A DNA stretch of 64,000 bases from Octopus sinensis (Eukaryota): positions 3,968,001-4,032,000 of the forward strand of contig NC_043004.1 in NCBI RefSeq assembly GCF_006345805.1. The letters run 5' to 3'. Shown here piece by piece: positions 1-12,220 of the stretch (its first letter is position 1; each line of letters opens with the position of its first letter). The translations under genes were made by a program, and so were the position numbers. The notes beneath the pieces were generated by a model. The model saw only the letters and a program-made list of their open reading frames with translations, was not told the DNA's origin and did not search any database.

Positions 1-480
1 AGGACGAATGACGCTGCTGATGTTGCAACTCTATTCATGTGTGGGATTTGGTGTATATTTATCTAAATTGAGCAGATGAAATAAATTCATTGCTTAGAAT
101 GGTTTTGTTGCAGTGCTCCAGGCTGTTTATAAGTGCCTGGGTGTTTGAAGATGGTTTCCTCTTTGTTTTCTAGCTTTTGCTTTTGTTAATATAATTACTG
201 TTTCTTTCAGGTATTTTTGTAGAGGTTTCGTAAATTATGTTCAGATTTTGTGTATAGCAATATTGATATCCTCACTGTTTAAGAGAAACACTAGGAATGA
301 TCTCGTTTGAGATTACAACCATCTTTGGCTAGTTTAACCCTGTTGTGTCTACTGATCTGATTGGTTAGCATCTAGCGCAGTCTGTCTCTCTACTTATTTC
401 GCGCCAGTGTGTAAACTGATCAATCACAGCTTTCGGATAGGATCTTTCAATTGAGCCATCTTCACTCCTTAAATAAGCTA
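1..480 (-). mobile_element. Possible heavily decayed Penelope-like element fragment (RT C-terminus/linker region)
   Basis: Broken minus-strand translation gives RSYPKAVID, ILTKAK and SCNISSVI, resembling motifs that precede the GIY-YIG domain of Penelope elements; many stops and frameshifts. Confidence 0.3.
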
Positions 481-1519
481 GTATTTTCATTATTCATCAT
501 CTTTCAGCTTTAGACCTTCTAAGGTCTAGAACCTGACCACAGAGCTACTCAGCCATGTTCCAGTTCGAACAGCCAGCCAACGATACTATGAAGACGCTAT
601 TGTATACCAGCGACAGAGAGAACGTCATCACCAATGTCGTCTACATCTTCGTCGATTTCAACTTGTACACAACTACAAAGATTCAACTCACGCTGTTTGT
701 GTGAAACTTCACCACGGAAAAACAGTTGCAGTATATATCTGAAAGAACAATCTATATCAATAGAAACCTGCACAACAAGTGACTCAACTAGTCTCCGCTT
801 CGAGACCCAAATCTTGTTATAGAACTTATTATCGTGTACCACAGGAACTGGTAAACTAACTCTATCTTAACTCAATATGCTGAGACTGCTCTGTATTTCT
901 GTTGTATTCGCATGCACCTTTATCTGTACCTTCTGTCGCACACACGAACACACAAACACAAATACTATACGCATGCATTCATACCACAACACTACGCTAG
1001 TAATTACAACTCACTTTGTACACTGTGAATAAAGTCCATCTTCTCTCTCAAACAGTAGAACGGCTTGTCGTCCTTCATTCATTTCCTTTGGTACTGTATA
1101 AATATATCCATGTATTATGGCTTCTCTTATTATTATGTTAGGATGCGATCGTGCGGCATACAAGAGGAGACCTTGTCACCAAACTCCTTACGTACGGTCG
1201 AATATACATCACAACTGTAGACTCTACCATTTTCTGATGGCGTTCGCACGTGTTGCGAGAAACAATTCTGTGTTGACGAAAATGTAACCTGGTTTTATCG
1301 GTATCGCAACTGGGTTCATCTGGTCTTTTTTTCTTATATCCAAGATGCTTTATTTCATATATTTCTTCATTTCCAAGACAGAAGATTGGCTGCTGCAATT
1401 TCTTGCATGACATACGACCTCATTGACCTCATGACATACGACCTCATCGACCTCCTCCTCGCTGACTCGTTACTGCTGTTTTTGTTTAGCGTCAACTAAG
1501 ATATAATTGAGCGTACATA

Positions 1520-1997
<478 letters not shown>

Positions 1998-2439
1998 ACG
2001 ATTAAAGATCTTCCAACTGTATATCTGGAACTAACTTATACTATGTCTTTCCCTTTTTTAGAAGGTAGAATATGATTTATAGAAGTTTGGTTAGCATTTT
2101 CATCAAATGAAGCGACTATGTAGAGGCTCCCTTATCGGCTCAAATAACTATCAGTAATATACTAAGGTGAATTTAGTCGATTATATCTCACGCCGCTACA
2201 AAAATATCGATATTGATTTCCATTTGATAAACTGCAAGGGTTACCGCCATGTGGAGTGAAACGGATATTTGATGAGGATCAACAGCGATAAAGTGAAGAA
2301 AAATAAGATGACTTCAACCGGGAATTGAACCTGTCCTGATGTGAACTACATTTCGTACGGCTCCTTTATGATTCCTTGAGTCTCAAAACATGTCTTATGC
2401 CATATATTGTCAATTGTGTAATCGAAAATATGGTTGATT

Positions 2440-2646
2440 TCTAAACCAAGCACGAAACTATATATTTCGGAGTCTAGTTGATTACATCATTTCTATGCCT
2501 TGCCTAGAACTTATTTTATCGATTTAGAAGAACGAAAAGCAAAGTCTACCATGGTAACATTCGATCCCAGAATGTAATCCAGTGCAACTACATTCAGTAA
2601 AACATTTTGGTCAACACTTTTCTGATTTTTACCAATCCAACGCCCT
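2440..2646 (-). mobile_element. Decayed SINE (same family as 8775 and 18306)
   Basis: Diverged match to the GATTACATCGACCCC...TTATCGACC...AAAGCAAAGTCGAC body seen intact at 18306-18514. Confidence 0.55.
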
Positions 2647-3018
2647 ACAAACGCAAAAATGTTAAGAAATCTAAACAGCATTTATCATCCATACCTGAAT
2701 GCTTTTAACGTGTTGCTATTCGCTTACGTATGATATATGAAAATGAGCAATTTTTGTGTTGTTAGTATTTGATGGAAATTTACTGGTGAACGCTCTGCTG
2801 ACATTAACGCATGCTTGATTAAATATTGCAAAATGGCGTTTATATAATTTCTCTCTGATGTCTATAAAACACTGATTTTTTTGGTTCCGGAGTCAAAATG
2901 GTTGTTTGCTTATTTTATTTGTCTGTTTATTGGCGTTTTTTTTTAGGTTCTTCTCGTCACAAAGATTGCTTTAGGATAATTATAATAATAACAACAAAGA
3001 CGGCAACAACAATCCAAT

Positions 3019-3700
<682 letters not shown>

Positions 3701-3701
3701 G

Positions 3702-3831
3702 AAAACAGTTTGGTTCAGACTGCTTGGTACTCTGAGTTTCAAGTGTGTTGCTAGTCTTCAGCCCGCAATGGCCGAAGACTAGCCACACGCTTGAAATTTA
3801 GAGAACCAACGATTCTGAACCAAACTGTTTT
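3702..3831. mobile_element. 130-bp palindromic (fold-back) MITE-like element
   Basis: Arms 3702-3763 and 3770-3831 are reverse complements (about 53/62 by manual count) around a 6-nt loop, CGCAAT. Confidence 0.7.
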
Positions 3832-5445
3832 GATCTATAGTCATTCAGCTTTCGGCAAAAAATGTACAGGAAATGTCAGGAATTTGGATTAGTTCAGATT
3901 CCATAAGTGGAGTATAAGTCTGACATCTCTATGCTGCCTTTTCCTTTGATATTAAAATAAAACGGGCCATCAAAATCATTTAATGAATTCGGGAGAATGT
4001 ATCTGACGTAGTAATATCTGAACTTTAAAAGTAAAGAACGTTTTCTTACATTATTGTTATCGGTTCACGCACCCTTAAAAAGGTTTGAAAAAGGGAATGG
4101 CAAAAAACATTCCAGTGTATTTCTCTCTTGAATCCCCACGTGAAACTATGCGAAATCTTCGGTGATGCTTTTACAGTATAATAATCTCTCACACCAATTA
4201 TACCACTCCTTCTCTATTAATTTCACTCTGAAAAAAGGACTTCTTTGTGCAGAATCGCAGATTCTGTTATGTAATTGTACTCTACATCTTGATGTCTACA
4301 CAGCATTTTCATTAGTTCTTAGAAAAATATTTTGGTGATGCCAAGTCTTAAAAGAGTGTGTGAGTGGCAAAGAGAGAAGATTATTTTTCATCTTAATGAA
4401 TCTGGATCACGGCGGGGGGGGGGGCATTTATTTGCAGGGTTTTCCCTGACTCCTCAAACTCACAATAGCCTGGACAAATATAGCCATAAGACTGACTTCA
4501 GCTTATACTACAGTAAACACGAGCATACAGTCCTCAACAGCAACCAAGCAAACCGTTATAAGTTATGGAACGTACGTGTTTTTATATTTCCATATTTTAC
4601 AAGATAAATGTTAGTAAATTACCTTTTTTCTTGGAAACAGAAACTAATGGCTGACAATGGGGAAAGAAACCTCGACTCCTGGTTTGCTACAATCAGAAGC
4701 AGTTCACCAAGATATCAGTTTATCTTCAAATCTGAAACTTATTCAGAATACTTGTCCATAACAGTCAGATTGTGGTGTTATACCGAAAAAAGATTAAGTC
4801 TAGCGGCCAATCGATATTTAATCGAAGTGAACATTTTATCACTTGTTCACCTCAGGTTCTGTCTTTTATCTTGCATGGAACAGCAGCTGCCAAAATTAGG
4901 AAGGTTCTAGAATACTTCTACAGCGGCTTAAAATGTATATTTACCATGGAAGACAATTAACATGCGAACTTTTCAGATTCTTTCGCTCTTTTTCTCATTA
5001 TAGCGTTGTTTCCTTTTTGACAAGGCATAAAATCCCAGAATTTCAAAGCAAGATCAGATGAAATATGAAAATTTCCATGTCAAGAGCATCAGTACTGGAA
5101 AGCAAAATGCATTTGAGTCGAATTGAACTCACTGCTTAAAGACATACAAGCGAATACCTCAAAATATTTAATGGCTGACCGTTAGTAAGGAGAGACACAC
5201 ATTAAGAAAGAAGAAAGCAAAGGACCACTGATGAGGTTACAGGAGTGTGACGAGAGAACTCTGGCCGAAATAAGATTAAGATTAATGTAAAAAATAAATA
5301 AAGCTGAAGCAAATTAACACCAAATATATAGTGCGTGTGTTTTTATAGGCTAAACTGGCAACATGACCATTCCTAAATACAAAAACGTATTTCCCAAACA
5401 CAGATGCGGATAATGCGTTGGCGTATCTCAGCCAACCTGGTTTGA

Positions 5446-5697
5446 GTTTAGTAAGCTAACAGGGTAACGACGTTGTTAGGAGAGGTAAGGGAGAAGATGA
5501 GAAGAAATAAAATAGAAATAAAATAAGATAAAACAAAACATAATAAGATACAATAAGTAGAGAAATGAAAGAAAAGAAAACAAAGGGGAACAATTCCGCC
5601 ACTTTATTGTATCATGCTTTATTTTTTCTATTTTATTTCTTCTGATCTTTCTCCTTACCAATCCGACTAACGGCATTGCCCTGTTATCTTACTAAAC
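5446..5697. mobile_element. Degenerate fold-back/MITE with roughly 80-bp inverted arms
   Basis: GTTTAGTAAGCTAACAGGG...AGAAGAAATAAAATAGAAA is mirrored by TTTCTATTTTATTTCTTCT...CCCTGTTATCTTACTAAAC. Confidence 0.55.
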
Positions 5698-5799
5698 ATA
5701 TATGTGTATGTATATGTGTGTGTGAGTAAGATTTGCAAAGCTTTTCAACAAAACTAATCGCGGCACAATACAGCATAAACTGTGTGACTTCAGTGTAAT

Positions 5800-6695
5800 G
5801 AGGTGTCAGGTAAATTCGTTCGTTTCTTCGCAAAGTTATTTGAATTAATAGGAAAAGTAGTTTTATAACAGTTTTTTTTATTTATTTATTTATGTATTAT
5901 GTTCTAATCTTCCTCTGCAGTTTTTGTTTATCGTTTTCGAAATTCGAATAAATTTTCCCTCTTTTCAGGTATATTACGTAGGAAAAAAAAACTTTATCGA
6001 AAATAATCAGCTTCGATACCTGTTTCTTTTTTCTTTTTTTTTTCAACCACGATTCCAAAGCTTCCAAGGCCGCTCGAGACATTTGTGCTGAAAGAACTGC
6101 AAAGAAATGGTTTTCACATTTCAAGGAAATTCCACCTCACAGATTATCCATGTTCCGACCGACCTGTCCAGTTCAATGTAGATTGAACGAATTCACCCAC
6201 GAATATCCACGTCCCTCCACTAGGGAATTGGCCCAACAGATGGAATATTCTCAAGATACCATAGCCTGTTACATTCACTCACTGGGAAATCCAACGAAAA
6301 CGATCTTCCTTCAACACAGCAATGCTTGCCCCCTACCTCACTAATGGAACACGGCTTGCTTCATACTAAGCAATGTGATTCAAGAACTCGTTTGGGAAGT
6401 TCTACCACACTCGACGTAACCTCCTGATATGCTGCCTTTTTCGGTCACTCTCCAACAGTCATCGAGGCATTTCGTTCAACAACGCAATGGAGCGCCATGG
6501 ATCGATGAATTCTTTGAGTCAAAACCCGGTGTTTTCTGCTGTCAGAGCATTGACAAGCTAGTGGGACACTGACAAGAAGTTGTGACCAATGAAAGAGAAT
6601 ATATTATTGATTGATTTGTTAAAATTGTTCGTGAAAAATAAGGACTGAAAGAATATGGGGGCAAAAAATACCAACACGTGTTTCTCACAACCTAG
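5800..6695 (+). mobile_element. Internally deleted, decayed mariner transposon
   Basis: Broken translation: SKAARDICA, AKKWFSHFK, STRELAQQM, WEVLPH, WIDEFFESKP, EVVTNEREYIID (mariner N- and C-terminal motifs). Ends in a mariner-like ...CACAACCTAGTA. Confidence 0.8.
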
Positions 6696-6862
6696 TAGTT
6701 ACAAAACTAGAAGAGTGACAGAATGTCTTCCTAAATTAGAGAAGTCAAGTTGTTGCTGCCAAAGATGTCCAATTTCTTTTAACTTTCACATTGTTCATTA
6801 TAATATCACATGAATTCCAGCTGCATCGTATATACATACATGTGTGTGTGCGGGTGTTTATA

Positions 6863-7099
6863 CACAGACAAGCAGGAAGTAAATAGACACCTTTAATATT
6901 CAAAATTTCTTATCTAAGCGTCCTAATATGTTTTCAGCAAAGAGGTCGTATTGTTGGGCAATTTGAGGCTGGACTTAGCCAGCGAAAAATTGCCGAAAAT
7001 GGATGAGCAGCTAGAAAAAAAACCTCCCCTTCAACCAATCAATATCAAATAAACGATTTTGAAAATTAAAGACGTCCATTTACTTCCTGCACGTCTGTG
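6863..7099 (+). mobile_element. Tc1-derived MITE / internal-deletion derivative (237 bp)
   Basis: About 46-bp TIRs (CACAGACAAGCAGGAAGTAAATAGAC / GTCCATTTACTTCCTGCACGTCTGTG), TA on both sides. Interior encodes QRGRIVGQFEAGLSQRKIAEN, a Tc1 N-terminal HTH segment. Confidence 0.8.
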
Positions 7100-7280
7100 T
7101 ATATGTATGTAGGTATATATATATAATATATATATATATATAATATATATATATATATATTGGCCTACTCGCTTAGCCAGCGGGGTGGCGTCACTTGAAG
7201 GCTAAAACAATTCAAAGTGCATTGTGACCAGCAATGTGTAGCAACATCTGATAGCCTGGTCGGTCACGGTGATCACGGTG

Positions 7281-7318
<38 letters not shown>

Positions 7319-7319
7319 G

Positions 7320-7540
7320 AGGCGCAATGGCCTAGTGGTTAGGGCAGCGGACTCGCGGTCGCAGGATCGCGGTTTCGATTCTCAGACTGGGCGTTGTGTG
7401 TGTTTATTGAGCGAAAACACCTAAAAAAAGCTCTACGAGGCTCCGGCAGGGGGTGGTGATCCCTGCTGTACTCTTTCACCACAATGGCGGTGCCCCAGCA
7501 TGGCCACAGCTCAAGAGCTGAAACTGGAAAAAACAAAAAC
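7320..7540 (+). mobile_element. tRNA-derived SINE
   Basis: GGCGCAATGGCCTAGTGGTTAGGG (A box), GGTTTCGATTCTC (B box), non-tRNA body and tail ...GGTGCCCCAGCATGGCCACAGCTC...GCTGAAACTGGAAA. Confidence 0.8.
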
Positions 7541-7715
7541 AATATATATAGGTGAGTGCTGTAACGGATCACTGGGGCTCCAAGGTTATAGCCGAGACGG
7601 CTATACAATTATATATATATATATAGTAGAAATTTATAGAAAAACAAAAGACGAAGACAGGTGTATGAACAACAAGTGTGTGTATTAGTTTGACGCTCGG
7701 GAAAATGAAAAAGTA

Positions 7716-7750
7716 TTTTACGTTTCGAGCCTACGCTCTTCAACAGAAAG
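7716..7750 (-). ncRNA. Minimal type I hammerhead-ribozyme-like motif (copy A) in a short Penelope-like terminal repeat (about 7626-7790)
   Basis: Minus strand: CUUU-CUGUUGA-A-GAGC-guag-GCUC-GAAA-C-GUA-AAA. Confidence 0.55.
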
Positions 7751-8774
7751 AAATAAGAGAAAATAAACAGAAGTATGAAGATAAACTGAAAATAGACTGA
7801 AGTATGAAGAGGTGTTTACTCATAACAATAGTTTCGTATTTCTGCTGTAACACTAATATCTTTAGAAGAATCTCGAACAAATTCTAGTTAACCAAGTACA
7901 GTCTAAAAGGAATAATATCTTTCACCGGAAATCATACATAAGAATCAAAGAACGGCTTAAAACCAAAGTATAGTTGATGAACTCCTGTAATTCCTAATTA
8001 CAGTTGAAGGTTCTTACCAATTAGCGAAAAGCCTCCTGGCGTTTAAAATACTTTACATCTTTTGCATTTCGCTTTCAATAATGGTGCTGCTATCCTCTTG
8101 TACATATTTGTAAAATAAAATTGCTAATACTCCATAGAGGAAGGTGAGACAATAGGTAAATTAATTAGTCTTCTCACTTCGTGTACAACCAGAATATTTT
8201 GATGTGAAGGGGAACTTTTGATGGTTAGGAGGGAATCTGGTGTTACTAAAAGACTTCAGATAATTGAATCGCGAGAAAGAGAATATATGTTGCATTAAAA
8301 GCCTGTCTGTTAGTCATTCTGAAATATAAAAAAGAAAGTAAAAAAGATATAATTTTTATGTGTTAATGTACATTTTGAGATTAATCATCTGCATTAGTTG
8401 AAATATTAATTCTTACCATTTGATTTTCCGTAAAAGGTTTAATAAAATTCAAAACATTTGTAAAAGAAAGTGACTGGTTGTAGAAATGCTGTCGAAATAT
8501 GAGAATGCACTTTTATGAAAAATCTGGGACACGTACTTCACACGCAAACTCATAATGTAAAGCAATGTTTAAGAAACCTGCAAAAAACCAGCGAGAGATT
8601 TAACAACTTCGCAGAGACATTTGTGAACGAAAATAATGATATTTAATTAACTAGCAAATGTCTGCTCTATATTTTGGTTCTAAAATCCAGCTGACAAGAC
8701 TTTCATTGAAGTAACTGGCCAATCAAAACCATGATCGTGAACAATTTAGAGAATGTCAGGTAAACACTTCTGCA

Positions 8775-9178
8775 AGGCGGCGAGCTGGCAGAACCGTTAG
8801 CACGCCGGGAGAAAAGCGTAGCCGTATTTCGTCTGCCGTTACGTTGTGAGTTCAAATTCCCGCGAGGTCGACTTTGCCTTTCATCCTTTCGGTGTCGATT
8901 AAATAAGTACCAGTTACGCACTGGGGTAGATGTAATCGACTTAATACCTATGTCTATCCTTGTTTGCCCCCTCTATGTTTAGCCCTTTGTGGGTAATAAA
9001 GAAATAGGTATTCGTCTGCCGTTACGTTCTGAGTTCAAATTCCGCCGAGGTCGACTTTACCTTTCATCCTATCGGGGTCGATAAATTAAGTACCAGTTAC
9101 ACACTGGAGTTGATATAATCGACTTAATCCGTTTGTCTGTCCTTGTTTGTCCTCTCTGTGTTTAGCCCCTTGTGGGCT
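8775..9178 (+). mobile_element. tRNA-derived SINE (Deu/Nin-like core) with two tandem 184-bp body units
   Basis: Head GGCGGCGAGCTGGCAGAACCGTTAGC, B box GAGTTCAAATTCC, core GTCGACTTTGCCTTTCATCCTTTCGG..GTCGAT. Unit starts at 8824 and 9008. Confidence 0.85.
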
Positions 9179-9180
9179 AA

Positions 9181-9399
9181 CATGTTAGCAGCTGAATATT
9201 CCGCAGACACATGTATCCCTCACTAAATTTTCGAGTACAATCAGCACAGCAGAGTGTATGACACGGCTGTAACTGTTGAATTGCAGGTAAAATCCACCCG
9301 ACGGAAAGGCTTCTATACCGTTTCCATCCACCCGATTAACCTGGATCGAAACCAGGACCTCGTTGTTGCGAAGTGAACTTTCCACACTTTCCACGTAAC
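9181..9399 (-). mobile_element. SINE fragment truncating the preceding SINE
   Basis: Reverse complement has a tRNA-like head (GGTCCTGGTTTCGATCC) and a body resembling the 15740-16022 family. Confidence 0.55.
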
Positions 9400-9400
9400 T

Positions 9401-9841
9401 GTTCCATCCTACATTCAAAAAGAAGCAAACCACATGGGCGTTCCATCCTACATTCAAAAACGAAGCAAATCACATGGAAGCTCTATCCTACATTCAAAAA
9501 CGAAGCAAATCATATGGGCGTTCCATCCTACATTCAAAAACGAAGCAAGTCACACGGGCGTTCTATCCTACATTCAAAATAGAAGCAAATCACATGGGCG
9601 TTCCATCCTACATTAAAAAAACGAAGCAAATCACATGGGAGATCTATCCTACATTCAAAAACGAAGCAAACCACATGGGCGTTCTATCCTACATTCAAAA
9701 ACGAAGCAAATCACATGGGCGTTCTATCTTACATTCAAAATAGAAGCAAGTCACATGGACGTTCTATCCTACATTCAAAATAGAAGCCAGTCACATGGGC
9801 GTTCTATCCTACATTCAAAAAAAGAAGCAAGTCACATGGGT
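9401..9841 (+). repeat. 40-bp minisatellite, about 11 copies
   Basis: Head-to-tail unit GTTCYATCCTACATTCAAAAACGAAGCAAATCACATGGGC with point variants and no spacers. Confidence 0.95.
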
Positions 9842-11128
9842 GTTATTCTATTTCTCTAACTGGTGTGTTCAGTCTTAACTGGCAATAATTTCCTCTGACC
9901 AAGGGATGTATTCGATCTCTCTATCTTACTGGAGTTCCTTGTCATTGACGTTCTTTAACTCTGTATCACCTCAAATCATTAAAAAGAACACGATTTTACA
10001 ATAAATATTTGTATGGTTACAATAACTTCTATGCCATCACTTTGATACTAACCACCCACTTAGAGTTATTGAATGATGTACAGCGAAAGAATATTTATTG
10101 AATGGAAAAGTAAAGATTATAAATGAAGATTAGTGACTAAAGCAATAATCAGGTGTGTCAACTAATAATGTATTCAGGTAGGAAGAGGCTGCCTTCTTTG
10201 AAGCGAACATTCGTGTATAAGTCAGATGTAAGCTGTCGATGTGAGTCAATGAAAAACACTGGTGTTTTCATAGAAAAGCAATAACAGAAATTTATAATTA
10301 ATTCATATGAAATAGTTTGCAAATGATATGAAATAGCCGGAAGACTTTCACTCGAAGACTGTTAAACTTTAATAAATCTGTACATTTAGTGGGTTTTAAA
10401 TTGCTCATAAACTAGAAATAAATCTTAAATAATTTTAGGAACAGATTGGAGAAATATTAAATAAACGATGTATCTTCGTAGCTTGTATGTTTATTGAATT
10501 AGTTACAAGTTACTATTTTGAGTTTATATATAAATGATTCTAACAAGAAGGGCCAATAAGGGGGAGCACTGTGTATCGTGTTGCACACATAACAATGTCT
10601 TGCAGTTCGCTGACTAACATTAATAGAAATTACTGTGACTGTTTCGGAATTAACTGGGAAGGTGCGATGTATTAATTTATGTTTTCTGAAACAATACTTA
10701 TTCGACTGAAGCAAGGAAGGTGTCTACGAAATGATACGAAAATATTCTTTTATAGAATTTCTATAATAAAGGAAATCGATACAGCAGAGAATATAACTTG
10801 AATATTTATACAGCATAACAGATAGAGTACAACTATATAATATGACGGCTGTATATTATTTGAATATTATAACTTTATGAAATTATCTAGGTAGTAATGA
10901 CATTTCAGATGACTTCACTGAAAATAATCCAATAGCGATATTGAATATACTGTCATCGAATCACATATTTCGTTTCTATATCCTTTAGAAGATTTCACTG
11001 AGATTTCTGAAGCAGCAAACTTTGTATTGCGCTATAAATACGCATCCTTTCAACAGATTGACTAGAGTTGATATGGAAAATTGATAGAAAAATCACACCA
11101 CATTTATATTTGACTTTACTCACTTATA

Positions 11129-11129
11129 G

Positions 11130-11206
<77 letters not shown>

Positions 11207-11252
11207 CATTATTATTATCATTATTATTATTATCATTATTATTATTATTATC

Positions 11253-11329
<77 letters not shown>

Positions 11330-11340
11330 CATTATTATTA
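11129..11340. repeat. (TTA)n/(TCA)n microsatellite
   Basis: Directly visible. Confidence 0.95.
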
Positions 11341-11645
11341 TATGCTATGCGTAAGTTAGTAAATATCATTGTTTCCGTGTTATGGGGCAGATAAACTAGT
11401 TAACCAATGATTGATTCTTGACCCTCCATCTTTTTTTCCTCATTTTTTATTTTATAAATGTGGCAATATACACTCCAGTTAATTGCTTTTCACCCATTCG
11501 ATGCTAGACTTCTTCGCTACTATTTTTTAAAATGTTTCAACATACATAGGACTTTATATTTTTTCTATTATTCCAAGATGTATCACCTCCTCTAGATCCT
11601 CCCGAGAGGAAGATGTTGATGTAGATGATGTTTAACGTGTGGGTG

Positions 11646-11933
11646 AAGGCGCGTGGCTTAGTGGTTACGGCTTCCGGTTTGCGATCCTAAGGTCATGTGT
11701 TCGATTCCCGGCGACGCGTTGTGACCTTGAGCAAGACACTTTATTTCGCGTTGCTCCAGTCCAATCAGCTGGCGAAAATGAGTAGTGCCTGCATTTCAAA
11801 GGATCTGAGAACCATATGAAGGGTATTCGTTCTGTGGCGTTCTCAGCTGATTTTACGTTAGTTTCACGAGCAGGCTGTTCTGTAGATCGGATCAGCTGGG
11901 ACCCTCATCGTCGTAACCGACGATGTGTCAGTT
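11646..11933 (+). mobile_element. tRNA-derived SINE with a V/Meta-like core
   Basis: GGCGCGTGGCTTAGTGGTTA (A box), GTGTTCGATTCCC (B box), CCTTGAGCAAGACACTTTATTTC..GTTGCTCCAGTCCA, tail ...GTCGTAACCGACG. Confidence 0.8.
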
Positions 11934-12220
11934 AATTTGTATTTTGGAAGGTTGATATAGACAAGGAAACAGATAGGGCTGGAGTTTCGATGGTGTGGTG
12001 GTGAATAAAAGTTCTGAAAAAGGTGGGCTTTCCGTTTTTACTACTTTCGATCTGGTGGTAAGAATATTGGTTGATACAAGGCCTTGGTGTGGTTCAAATT
12101 GACGAGAGACCTTAAAGATTACAATCAGCTATTTGCTGGAGAGAACCTTATGACAAAACACAGTCCACATTATACAAACCAACGTATCTAAGGTGGGAAA
12201 GCTTCGCTACTAAGAGACGG

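Noticed and set aside
590-1420. Penelope GIY-YIG fragment or LTR-like segment
   Set aside because: Only weak hints (NVVYIF, an AATAAA, TGTTAGG); no second LTR, primer-binding site, polypurine tract or catalytic motif.
4332-4960. Possible host exon(s) in non-repetitive ORFs 4332-4607, 4608-4910 and 4772-4960
   Set aside because: No recognisable domain or consistent splice and frame pattern; BLASTx or RNA-seq would be needed.
7320-7395. tRNA gene (also the heads at 11646, 32922 and 61997)
   Set aside because: A and B boxes are present, but there is no complete cloverleaf and each continues into a SINE body.
7555-7605. Additional hammerhead-like remnants (here and near 52030-52050)
   Set aside because: Stem II-like pairing is present, but the CUGANGA and GAAA cores are too damaged to call.
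9401-9841. CRISPR-like array
   Set aside because: Units are directly head-to-tail with no unique spacers, no cas genes are present, and the context is eukaryotic.
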